In this document: positions 9,384-18,116 of the stretch, in pieces
Numbering within the stretch: position 1 is the first letter of the stretch
How the letters are laid out: every line of letters begins with the position of its first letter
Source: Candidatus Dojkabacteria bacterium
Lineage (GTDB): Bacteria; Patescibacteriota; Dojkabacteria; B142; WJKM01
Direction: 5' to 3'
Length of the DNA: 64,000 nt
Assembly: GCA_014729085.1 (NCBI GenBank)
Contig: WJKM01000023.1
Coordinates: 13,648-77,647 of the forward strand
The notes under the pieces: model-generated
What the model was told of the DNA's origin: nothing
Seen by the model: the letters and a program-made list of their open reading frames with translations, nothing else
Databases searched by the model: none
Translations under genes and position numbers: made by a program

Positions 9384-10235
9384 ATGTCAAAACACGGACT
9401 AGGAAAAGGGCTTTCTTCACTAATTCCTGATCAAACTTTAGAATCTATACAACAAGCGTACATTCCCGATCTTCCGATTTCCAAAATAATTCCTAATCAG
9501 TATCAACCCAGAATCGAAGTTGATCCCACAAAACTTGTTGAACTTGCAGATTCCATAAGAGAACACGGAGTCATTGAACCTTTGATCGTAACCCAAAATT
9601 CTCCTCAAGAATTTGAATTAATTGCTGGAGAAAGAAGATGGAGAGCAGCAAAGCTGGCAGGACTCAAAAAAATTCCCATAGTTGTAAAAGATGCTTCTCC
9701 CCAACAAATGCTTGAACTTGCAATTGTAGAAAATATTCAAAGAGAGGATTTAAACCCTTTAGAAGAAGCCATGGCTTTTGAACAGCTTGCAAACAAATTT
9801 GATATGACACATTCTGATATTGCAGCTAAAGTTGGTTATTCTCGACCAACAGTAGCGAATAAAATCCGTCTTCTTCAACTTCCCGAAGAAATAAAGAAAG
9901 GACTGCTATCTGGAGAAATTTCCGAAGGACATTCTAGAGCACTTCTTGGAATTAAAAATAACCAAGCCATGGAAGCTGCCTATCGAATCGTAATTAGAGA
10001 CAATTTAAGTGTCAGGGCTACAGAAAAACTAGTACAGAAACTTAATCAAGGACGAAAGAAAAAGCCAAACAAAAGCCAAAAATTACCAAAAAAAATTCTG
10101 GAAATCGAAAAAAATATTGAAGAATTCCTAAATAGGAAAATAAAAGTTTCCTATACCAAGAATGGGGGGAAAATAACTATCCCCTTTAAAAACGAACAGG
10201 AATTGAAAAAAATATACAAAAAATTTAAAAAATAA
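9384..10235 (+). CDS. parB: Chromosome partitioning protein ParB/Spo0J
   Basis: N-terminal GLGKGLSSLIP, ParB box IAGERRWRAAKLAGL, HTH region and C-terminal dimerisation domain. No parA adjacent in this window. Confidence 0.85.
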   Translation: MSKHGLGKGLSSLIPDQTLESIQQAYIPDLPISKIIPNQYQPRIEVDPTKLVELADSIREHGVIEPLIVTQNSPQEFELIAGERRWRAAKLAGLKKIPIVVKDASPQQMLELAIVENIQREDLNPLEEAMAFEQLANKFDMTHSDIAAKVGYSRPTVANKIRLLQLPEEIKKGLLSGEISEGHSRALLGIKNNQAMEAAYRIVIRDNLSVRATEKLVQKLNQGRKKKPNKSQKLPKKILEIEKNIEEFLNRKIKVSYTKNGGKITIPFKNEQELKKIYKKFKK

Positions 10236-10272
10236 TTTTGGAAGATAAATTAAGTATTTTAGAAAAATTTCT

Positions 10273-11466
10273 ATGCCCAGAGTAATTATTTCCGCAGGAC
10301 ACACAGATTCTGATCCCGGCTCTTCCGCTCTAGGTTTAAGAGAGGTTGATCTAACCCGGGCTATAGCTAGAAAATTAATTCCCTACCTTAGGGCAAATGG
10401 TGTAATTACACTTTCGGTGCCTCCAAACCTCGACCTTGCCAGACGAATCGACTGGATTAACGGAACAGGATATAGTGCAACTCTTAACGATATTTCAATT
10501 GAGATACATATAAATGATGGGAATAAATCTGGATTTGAGTTTTGGTATAAAGGAGATGGCGCAAACCGTTCTCAAGATCTTGCAGAAAAAGTTATGGGTT
10601 CTGTTACAGAGGAAACCGGACTTCCCAGCCAAGGTGTAAAAAGTGAACACGAACATGAATTTGGTTCTCTAGCTTTTATTAGTAACACCAATACTGTTTC
10701 GGTAATACTGGAATGTCTCTATATAGATAACGAAGAAGATAATAAAAAATTAAAAAATGAGAAAGAAATTGATAAAATAGCAAAAGGACTTTCCAAAGGT
10801 ATACTTGATTATCTTGGAATAGAATTTAAAAATAAAAACATGACTCCTACCAAAAAGACAAAACGTACTTCTAATAGGCAAACGAGACGATCTCCAGTTC
10901 AGAATATGAATACAAATGCCCAACAGGTTCTAAGAAATTCACCTCCTAGAAATCAACAACAGTATTCACAATACCTAAACCAGAACAAAATGCAAAATCC
11001 GAGAGGTTATAAACCTGGCTCGAGTCAAATGTCTAGAGAACAAAGGCAACAAATGATCATCCAATGTTATCAAAGAATTCTTGGAAGAAACCCTAGTCCT
11101 AATGACTTAAACTACTTTTTGAATATTGGAATAACTCAGGATAAACTAATTCAAAGGATGATAAACTCCCAAGAACATTATGACATGGTGAAAACCAAAA
11201 ATAAGTTTCTCTCTATGCGTAATGAGTACGAAAAGCAGAGATTAGAATTAATCCAATTAAGAGAGAAATCAAAAGATGATAAAGTGATTATAAATAAATT
11301 AACTGAACTTCTTAAACAAAAAAATGCGTATATAAATAGAGTCAAACACTCTCCTTCCATACCAAAAGCTTTAGAAAAATCTGAGAAAGGTGAAACTTCC
11401 AAAAAGAAGTATAAAGGAAGTTTTTTAGATAGAATGTTCCACTTTTTCAGCGATATTTTGGGATAA
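10273..11466 (+). CDS. N-acetylmuramoyl-L-alanine amidase (Amidase_3) with Q/N-rich linker and C-terminal DUF4214-like domain
   Basis: N-terminal VIISAGHTDSDPGSSALGLREVDLTRAIARKL matches the Amidase_3 zinc site (AGHGG.DPGA type). C-terminal QCYQRILGRNPSPNDLNYFLN resembles DUF4214. Confidence 0.75.
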   Translation: MPRVIISAGHTDSDPGSSALGLREVDLTRAIARKLIPYLRANGVITLSVPPNLDLARRIDWINGTGYSATLNDISIEIHINDGNKSGFEFWYKGDGANRSQDLAEKVMGSVTEETGLPSQGVKSEHEHEFGSLAFISNTNTVSVILECLYIDNEEDNKKLKNEKEIDKIAKGLSKGILDYLGIEFKNKNMTPTKKTKRTSNRQTRRSPVQNMNTNAQQVLRNSPPRNQQQYSQYLNQNKMQNPRGYKPGSSQMSREQRQQMIIQCYQRILGRNPSPNDLNYFLNIGITQDKLIQRMINSQEHYDMVKTKNKFLSMRNEYEKQRLELIQLREKSKDDKVIINKLTELLKQKNAYINRVKHSPSIPKALEKSEKGETSKKKYKGSFLDRMFHFFSDILG

Positions 11467-11874
11467 AAATAGTTTTTCCGATATTTTTAATGTATAATTA
11501 AATGCAATAAATTACTTAAATACTGTACTTATCCATTTATTTATATTGGTAGAAAGACTTATGTGGTTAATAAAATTCCAAAAAAAAGTATTAAAAATCT
11601 GGACTACAGTGATACGAATGTTTCAATATCCATTTATGGAAAATTTTATTATGGAGGAAAATTCTGAATTCAAAACCATAAATATACCCTTAGGGTTGAT
11701 TTATTACTTCAAGTTTACCCATAGTTCCTTCCTACCAAACCTTTTGCGTTGCAATATCTAAGCAATCGTAATGGGTTTAAATAAACTACGTTATCTTGAC
11801 GCATAAACAAAAAAGATTAACATGATAAACAGATAAGTATATGTTGCATTAGTATACTTGTTATTTTACAGATT

Positions 11875-13416
11875 ATGGAAATATTACTGGTTCTTCTTAC
11901 GTTTGTCGCGACACTTGGTTTACTCGGAACATACTTATACTTCCAAAAAACCAAGCAGATGGAACAGAAACTCAAGGATCCCAAGAGAATCGAACTTACT
12001 GAAAAGGAAGCTATTAATAAAGCTAGTTCGAAAGCAAAATCTTTATTAAATGAAGCTGAGAAAAAGGCAGAAAAGATTAAGGACAAAGCAAAAAAGTATT
12101 CAAACGAGATAATGAAATTAGCGGATGAGAAAGAGTCGAGATTAGACAAGAGAGAAAAAACTCTTCTTGAAAGATCAAAGACACTTGATGAAAGATACGA
12201 TAAACTTGAACATCAGGAAAAAGATATCGAAAATACCAAAAACTCACTAAAAACAATGAGGACAACCTTGCAACAAAAGATTGAACAGGCAGCAAAAATG
12301 ACTAAAGAGGAAGCAAAAAAACAACTAGAACAACAAGTCGAATCCGAACTTAAAGATTTTGTTGCAAAAAAAATTACTGAAGCTGAATACAAAATAGAAA
12401 AGGAAGCTGACGAAGTGGCTAAAGACCTCTTAATAGACGCAATGCAAAGAAGTGCAACAGATTTTGTTGCAGAGACAACTTCCACTACCTTTGAAATAGA
12501 GAAAGAAGAACTGAAAGGTAAAATTATTGGGAAAGATGGTAGGAATATCAGAACATTTGAAAGACTTACAGGGGTTGACATTATCGTAGACGAAGCCCCT
12601 AATCAAGTTACAGTTTCTTCATTCGATCCAATTCGAAGAGAAGTAGCAGCAATTGCCATTCAAAAGCTATTAGCGGATGGTCGTGTTCATCCGGGAACAA
12701 TAGAAGAAACAATTCAAAAAATAAAAGAAGATATTGCAAGGGAGATAAAAAAGACTGGAGAAAAACTTGCATATGATACAGGATTCAATGATCTTCCAAT
12801 TGAAATAATTAAGTTGCTTGGAAGGTTTAAATATAGATTCAGTTATGGTCAAAACTTAGTTAAACATACACTAGAGATGGTTAATATTGGTCAACAGTTG
12901 GCGCAGGAAATTGGTGCAGATGTCCAACTAACTAAAAAGGCTTGCCTTCTTCACGATATTGGGAAAGTACTTACCCATGAAATTGAAGGAAAACCTCATC
13001 ATCATATTTCCGGGGATATTATTAGAAAGTATTTAAAGGATGAAAAACTAGCTAACGCAGTTGAAGCTCATCACGGAGATATAGAACCAAAAACTAGAGA
13101 AGCTTTATTAGTCAATATTGCTGATGCAATTTCTGGAACAAGGCCTGGTGCCAGAAGAGACAACTATGAAGACTATATCAAAAGAGTTAAGGCACTTGAA
13201 GATATTGGAAACAAAAATGAAGAAGTTAAACAAACCTTTGCAATTCATGCAGGAAGAGAAATTAGAGTTATTATTGATCCTAAAAAAGCAGATGATAAAC
13301 AATCAAAAGTACTTGCATATAAAATTGCCCGTGAAATAGAAGACACCCAGGAATATCCTGGAACTGTAAAAGTAAATGTAATAAGAGAAATTAGATTTAC
13401 TGAAGAAGCAAAATAA
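11875..13416 (+). CDS. rny: Ribonuclease Y
   Basis: 513 aa. N-terminal TM, long coiled coil, KH domain (GKIIGKDGRNIRTFERLTGVDIIVDEAPN), HD domain (LLHDIGK...HH). Confidence 0.9.
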   Translation: MEILLVLLTFVATLGLLGTYLYFQKTKQMEQKLKDPKRIELTEKEAINKASSKAKSLLNEAEKKAEKIKDKAKKYSNEIMKLADEKESRLDKREKTLLERSKTLDERYDKLEHQEKDIENTKNSLKTMRTTLQQKIEQAAKMTKEEAKKQLEQQVESELKDFVAKKITEAEYKIEKEADEVAKDLLIDAMQRSATDFVAETTSTTFEIEKEELKGKIIGKDGRNIRTFERLTGVDIIVDEAPNQVTVSSFDPIRREVAAIAIQKLLADGRVHPGTIEETIQKIKEDIAREIKKTGEKLAYDTGFNDLPIEIIKLLGRFKYRFSYGQNLVKHTLEMVNIGQQLAQEIGADVQLTKKACLLHDIGKVLTHEIEGKPHHHISGDIIRKYLKDEKLANAVEAHHGDIEPKTREALLVNIADAISGTRPGARRDNYEDYIKRVKALEDIGNKNEEVKQTFAIHAGREIRVIIDPKKADDKQSKVLAYKIAREIEDTQEYPGTVKVNVIREIRFTEEAK

Positions 13417-13432
13417 ACATTTCAAACTAAAA

Positions 13433-13462
13433 AACAGATGGAGTTACTTCATCTGTTTTTTT
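13433..13462. terminator. Bidirectional Rho-independent terminator between convergent rny and HEPN-NTase genes
   Basis: Stem aacagatg (13433-13440) / catctgtt (13450-13457) with a 9-nt loop, then a T run (tttttt) on the + strand and an A run upstream for the - strand. Confidence 0.6.
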
Positions 13463-14243
13463 CGTATAAAACCTTCCCCGTCTTCATAATGTTATGTAAA
13501 AATGTATCTCCTTCTTCTATAAGCAATTTATACTCTTTTTGTGTATATACAACTGGCTCAACTGCTGGAAGCCCTCCCTTAGTAATTTCCCTTACTTTAT
13601 GCAATCTCTCCATAAAGTCCAGTTTTGTATCAACAATAATCAAAATATCTAATGTAGATAACTTTTTCTTTCCTCGAGCATAACCTCCAAAAAGCACAAT
13701 TTTCTCAGGATCCATTTCCTGTATCAAAATATCTGTTACAGTTTCTATTCTTTTCTTGGGATCAATGGCTTCAGCATAATCGTATTTCCCTGTATCTACT
13801 ACAACTTCAACATCTAACAATTCCCTAATAATTTTTAATAAATTCTGTGCCTGATCTAGACATTTTTGTGCATCTCCTTTTTTTATAAATTCATGTGGGG
13901 AAATAACTTTATCCGGAAGTATAAACGGATATCGTGCAGCATATGTGTATACCTCCAAATCTCTAAACACAAATTTTGTTTTTTTAAAACTTTTGTTTAT
14001 GTTATTACAAAGTCCAATAAGTACAGAAAGTTTGTGAGTTCTTGGGGGCCACCATCCATTATTCATAAGCATGGATTTTAGTGCTTTTTCTACAGCCTGA
14101 GTTGACTGATAACATGCCCACTCATAATACTGATTGTTAAAAGATAACCTTGCCGCATCCATATCAAATCGCGACTGGTTAAACCAAATCTGGAATCTGG
14201 ATAAAGCAATTTTTTTCCCTACTCTTTTTAAAGGGTAACGCAT
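13449..14243 (-). CDS. Fused HEPN-domain / minimal nucleotidyltransferase (MNT) protein
   Basis: N-terminal half has classical HEPN features (AVEKALKSMLMNNGWWPPRTHKLSVLIGL, the tHxL motif). C-terminal half is a Pol-beta-type NTase (EKIVLFGGYARGKKKLSTLDILIIVD, G-S/G...D.D). Confidence 0.6.
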   Translation of the reverse strand: MRYPLKRVGKKIALSRFQIWFNQSRFDMDAARLSFNNQYYEWACYQSTQAVEKALKSMLMNNGWWPPRTHKLSVLIGLCNNINKSFKKTKFVFRDLEVYTYAARYPFILPDKVISPHEFIKKGDAQKCLDQAQNLLKIIRELLDVEVVVDTGKYDYAEAIDPKKRIETVTDILIQEMDPEKIVLFGGYARGKKKLSTLDILIIVDTKLDFMERLHKVREITKGGLPAVEPVVYTQKEYKLLIEEGDTFLHNIMKTGKVLYEKNR

Positions 14244-14373
14244 AGCTTAAGAGATAATAATTATAAATTTTCTCTCTTTATATCGATTAGTATATAATAT
14301 AGAAAATTTAAATCAAAGATTACTTAAAATCTATTCTGATTTAAATTTTATTTAATTCTAATAAACAGTAATA

Positions 14374-15564
14374 ATGAAAAAAAATAATAAATCCATAATT
14401 AGTATTATTCTTATTATCACAGCATTTTTATTCCTGTCCTTTAGCTCATTTGCCCAAGAAGAAGGAACCCTTGAGGAGGAGGAAAAAAATAAGGCTCCCA
14501 TCGAGCATACTTATTTTCAAAGTGGAACAAATGTATTGATAGATCAAATTGTAAATGGGGAAGTTTTCGTCTCGGGGAAAAATGTAAAAATAGAAAAAAA
14601 ATTAAATGAACATTTGTTTTTTATTGGAGGAACTCTACAAATTGAAGAAGAAGTAAGAGAATCAGCATTCCTAATCGGACAAAATATTATAATCAAAGAT
14701 AAAATTGGTGGAGACTTATATGCTATTGGTTCAAATATTCAATCCGAAATAGAATTAGATGAAGATGCCTATATAATTGCAGAAAAAGTTCTGCTTAAAG
14801 GGAAAGTAGATGAAGAACTCTATATTAATGCAAAAGAAGTTTATATTGATGCAGAAAAATTCAGAGGAAATGTATTTATTAATGCAGAATTAATAAAAAT
14901 TAATCCTGAAACAAGATTCTCAGGAGAAAAAATTGTAATTAACAATAAAGAATATGAAGATTTAGCTCAATTTCATAGTGAAGAATTACCAATAGACTTA
15001 TCGCTTTCTACTTCCACAACACCAGTAAAACGCATAAAATCAGTCTTTAATATATATGGACTTTTATTCTTATTTGCTTTGCTAATTGGTAATTCATTGG
15101 CAACTATGCTGATATTTAAATTGTTTCCAATTAAATCAACAAAAATTGTCAATAATCTATCTCTGGAAAGCACCAACATATTCACAAATCTGAAAATTGG
15201 ATTCGTCTCCGTTCTTGCGGGATTAATATTATTGCCAATACTTATGGTATCAATTATTGGCTGGCCAATCTTATCTGTAATACTTCCAGCAACTGCTTTA
15301 GCTGTTGGTTTAGCCAAACTATATTTAATCTACAAGATTGGAAATTTGATTATTCAATTAGTTCAACCTGAAATAAAAAATATTTTTATTACAAGCTTGG
15401 TTGGTGGCCTTGTTACAACTGTAGTCCTAATGATAGTATCAACCATTCCTGTAATTGGAAAACCGATCGCAATTATTATTATTTCAGTAATATCTTTATG
15501 GAGTATAGGTGGTGTTATACGTGTAAAATATGAAGCTCTTAATACATCAAGAAAAAAGAAATGA
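14374..15564 (+). CDS. Membrane protein: signal peptide, bactofilin-like beta-helical repeat region, C-terminal polytopic membrane domain
   Basis: Repetitive G-x-hydrophobic pattern over about 170 aa (GEVFVSGKNVKIEKK...FFIGGTLQIEE...FLIGQNIIIKDKIGGDLYAIGSNIQ...), then about 5 TM helices. Confidence 0.4.
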   Translation: MKKNNKSIISIILIITAFLFLSFSSFAQEEGTLEEEEKNKAPIEHTYFQSGTNVLIDQIVNGEVFVSGKNVKIEKKLNEHLFFIGGTLQIEEEVRESAFLIGQNIIIKDKIGGDLYAIGSNIQSEIELDEDAYIIAEKVLLKGKVDEELYINAKEVYIDAEKFRGNVFINAELIKINPETRFSGEKIVINNKEYEDLAQFHSEELPIDLSLSTSTTPVKRIKSVFNIYGLLFLFALLIGNSLATMLIFKLFPIKSTKIVNNLSLESTNIFTNLKIGFVSVLAGLILLPILMVSIIGWPILSVILPATALAVGLAKLYLIYKIGNLIIQLVQPEIKNIFITSLVGGLVTTVVLMIVSTIPVIGKPIAIIIISVISLWSIGGVIRVKYEALNTSRKKK

Positions 15565-15884
15565 AAAATATTAGTATAAAGAAAATAATCAAAAATGATT
15601 TTGTGGTCATGCTATTTGTCTCCTTTTTAACAGCTCTATTTTGTATTCTATATATTTGGTTAATCGGGATTCCCATGACATCTGCATAAATCAAAGGATA
15701 GCTCTCTTCTTTACGAATTATACTGTTCACTATTATAATGCATACTTTTAGTGTATAATTGGAATGTCGGTTGAGAAAACGAGAAGACGGGAAATTTTAA
15801 GAGTGGTTTAGATTAAACTTTTTTAAAACATTCTTACAGATTTCCTCAGACTCGTATAACCTCATCACGACAAAATATTTTATT

Positions 15885-17996
15885 TTGTCAATTTATATAC
15901 ATATGCAAAAATTTGAAAAAACCTTCTCCCTAAATGGAGAGGATATTACCATTACCATGGGTAACTTTGGTTTTAGAGCGGATTCGGCTGTAATGGTTCA
16001 AAAAGGAGAAACAGTTGTTATGGTTTTCGTTACTGTTGACTCAAAAGAGTCGGATCTCGACTACTTTCCCCTAAGTGTAAATTATATGGAAAAATTTTAC
16101 GCCGGCGGTGTTATTAGTGGTTCAAGATTTATCAAAAGAGAAAAAAGACCCTCTGACGATGCAATTATTAAAGGAAGAGTTATAGACAGAGCCATGAGGC
16201 CTCTTTTTCCCGATGGATTCAAAAGATCAGTAAGCATCGTAATCAATGTTATGGCTTATGACGAAAAAAATGATCCAGCAATACTTGGGGCAAACGCAGC
16301 TTCCCTTGCAGTTCACTTATCTTCAATCCCATTTGATGGACCTGTTTCATCTGTAAAAATTGGAACTGATGAAAATGGAGAACTAATAGTTGATCCAGAC
16401 GAAACGATGATGAAAGACTCACAACTTAATGCAGTCATTTCAAGCACAAAAGACACTATTACCCAACTTGAAATTGAAGGCGACGAGATTCCTGAAGAAA
16501 AAATGGCCTCAGCTTTTGAAGTAGCTTTTGAAAAGGCTCAGGAATGGAATGACATCATGGAAGAGATACAAAAGGAAAAAGGAAAGGAAAAACTTGAATA
16601 TAATGAAAATAAAGTAGATGAGGAACTGGTAAAGAAATATAAAAAAGAATATAAAAAGGAAATTGAAAAAGCTCTCTTTGATGATAAAAATAGAAACGAT
16701 ATGCTTGATGAAATCCATAATAAAGCCATTGAAGAAAAAGACGAGGATGTAAGTAATTCAGATATTATAAACGCTTTCCAATATATTGAAAAAAGCATTA
16801 CTAGAGAATATCTGTTAGAAGGTAAACGCTTAAGTGGAAGAGATTTTGATGAAATACGAGAAATTCAAATTGAAAGTCCTTTTCTTCCCCGAGTACATGG
16901 GTCAGCAATGTTTAGAAGAGGAAAAACCCAAGCACTTTCAATCACTACCCTTGGTTCTATGAGACTTGCGCAAATGAGCGAAAGTTATGAAGGTGAATCT
17001 GAAAAACGTTACATGCATCATTATGTAGGACCTAATTATTCGTATGGTGATGCTGGAAGATTTAGTTTTTATGCAGGAAATCGTGAAATTGGGCATGGAG
17101 CTTTAGCTGAAAAAGCTGTGAAAAAAGTTTTACCTTCTGAAGAAGAATTTCCCTATGCAATTAGAGTAGTCTCTGAAATTCTAAGTCAAAACGGATCTAC
17201 TTCTATGGCCGCAACATGTGGCTCATGCCTAGCTCTTATGGATGCAGGAGTTCCAATAAAAACTCCAGTAGCAGGAATATCAATTGGATTAATTACGAAA
17301 GACAAAGAACAAAAGAAGTATCAACTTCTTACCGATGTACAGGATGTAGAAGATTTTTTTGGAGATATGGACTTTAAAGTTTGTGGAACAAAGGATGGTA
17401 TCTCAGCTATTCAAATGGATACGAAGCTAAAAGGTGTAAAACTTGAAATCCTTCAAGAAGCCCTTAAACCTGCTAAGTCTGCAAGACTAAAAATCCTAGA
17501 TATTTATAAAGAGGTATTACCTGAACCACGTTCCGAGCTTAAAGAATATGCCCCAAGATGTAAAGTAATTACTATCAATAAGGAGAAGATAGGCGATCTT
17601 ATCGGACCAGGCGGAAAGACAATTAAGGCAATTCTTGAAAGTGTAGATAATAAAGTAGAAATAAACATTGAAGATGATGGACAAGTAACTTTAACAGCCG
17701 TCGATCAAGGCGCTATGAAACAAGCAGAAGAAAAAATTAATGAGATAGTAGCTGAACCAGAGATTGGAAAAATTTATGAAGGTGAAGTGGATAAAATTAC
17801 TTCATTTGGCGCATTTGTAGATGTGTCCCCTGCAATATCAGGTCTTGTTCATATTTCTGAAATTACAGACGGATATGTCAAAGATGTATCGAAACATCTA
17901 AAAGTTGGCCAAAAGGTTAAAGTTAAGTTGATTGATATTGATAATGAAGGTAGACTAAAGTTATCAATGAAAGAGGCAAATAAAAAAAAGAAATAA
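15885..17996 (+). CDS. pnp: Polyribonucleotide nucleotidyltransferase (PNPase)
   Basis: 703 aa. Two RNase PH-like domains (GSCLALMDAGVPIK), KH (GPGGKTIKAILES), S1 (EGEVDKITSFGAFVD). K/E-rich insertion around residues 215-300. No rpsO upstream. Confidence 0.95.
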   Translation: MSIYIHMQKFEKTFSLNGEDITITMGNFGFRADSAVMVQKGETVVMVFVTVDSKESDLDYFPLSVNYMEKFYAGGVISGSRFIKREKRPSDDAIIKGRVIDRAMRPLFPDGFKRSVSIVINVMAYDEKNDPAILGANAASLAVHLSSIPFDGPVSSVKIGTDENGELIVDPDETMMKDSQLNAVISSTKDTITQLEIEGDEIPEEKMASAFEVAFEKAQEWNDIMEEIQKEKGKEKLEYNENKVDEELVKKYKKEYKKEIEKALFDDKNRNDMLDEIHNKAIEEKDEDVSNSDIINAFQYIEKSITREYLLEGKRLSGRDFDEIREIQIESPFLPRVHGSAMFRRGKTQALSITTLGSMRLAQMSESYEGESEKRYMHHYVGPNYSYGDAGRFSFYAGNREIGHGALAEKAVKKVLPSEEEFPYAIRVVSEILSQNGSTSMAATCGSCLALMDAGVPIKTPVAGISIGLITKDKEQKKYQLLTDVQDVEDFFGDMDFKVCGTKDGISAIQMDTKLKGVKLEILQEALKPAKSARLKILDIYKEVLPEPRSELKEYAPRCKVITINKEKIGDLIGPGGKTIKAILESVDNKVEINIEDDGQVTLTAVDQGAMKQAEEKINEIVAEPEIGKIYEGEVDKITSFGAFVDVSPAISGLVHISEITDGYVKDVSKHLKVGQKVKVKLIDIDNEGRLKLSMKEANKKKK

Positions 17997-18116
17997 GATG
18001 AAATATAGACGTTTTTCAATTTAGTCTAGACTGTTATACAACACATGAAAGTATAATGGGCAATTTATATTATATTAGACCTTTTTATTAAAGGCTCTAT
18101 ATTCTTTATTCTTTAA

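Noticed and set aside
11546-11761. 71-aa plus-strand ORF in the amidase-rny intergenic region
   Set aside because: No RBS and no recognisable motif, in a promoter-like AT-rich spacer. More likely non-coding; conservation was not checked.
11817-12581. Minus-strand ORFs (11817..12149, 12077..12295, 12213..12581) and + ORF 11858..12049 overlapping rny
   Set aside because: Antisense or alternate-frame shadows of the well-supported RNase Y gene. The Ser/Leu/Phe-rich products are typical of reading AT-rich Lys/Glu codons on the opposite strand.
16509-16798. Two minus-strand ORFs antisense to the K/E-rich insertion in pnp
   Set aside because: Low-complexity F/S/L translation of the antisense of a GAA/AAA-rich stretch; no independent support.
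18023-18032. Perfect 10-nt palindrome AGTCTAGACT downstream of pnp
   Set aside because: Too short and not followed by a T run, so unlikely to be a terminator. Could be a restriction-site-like palindrome of no evident function.
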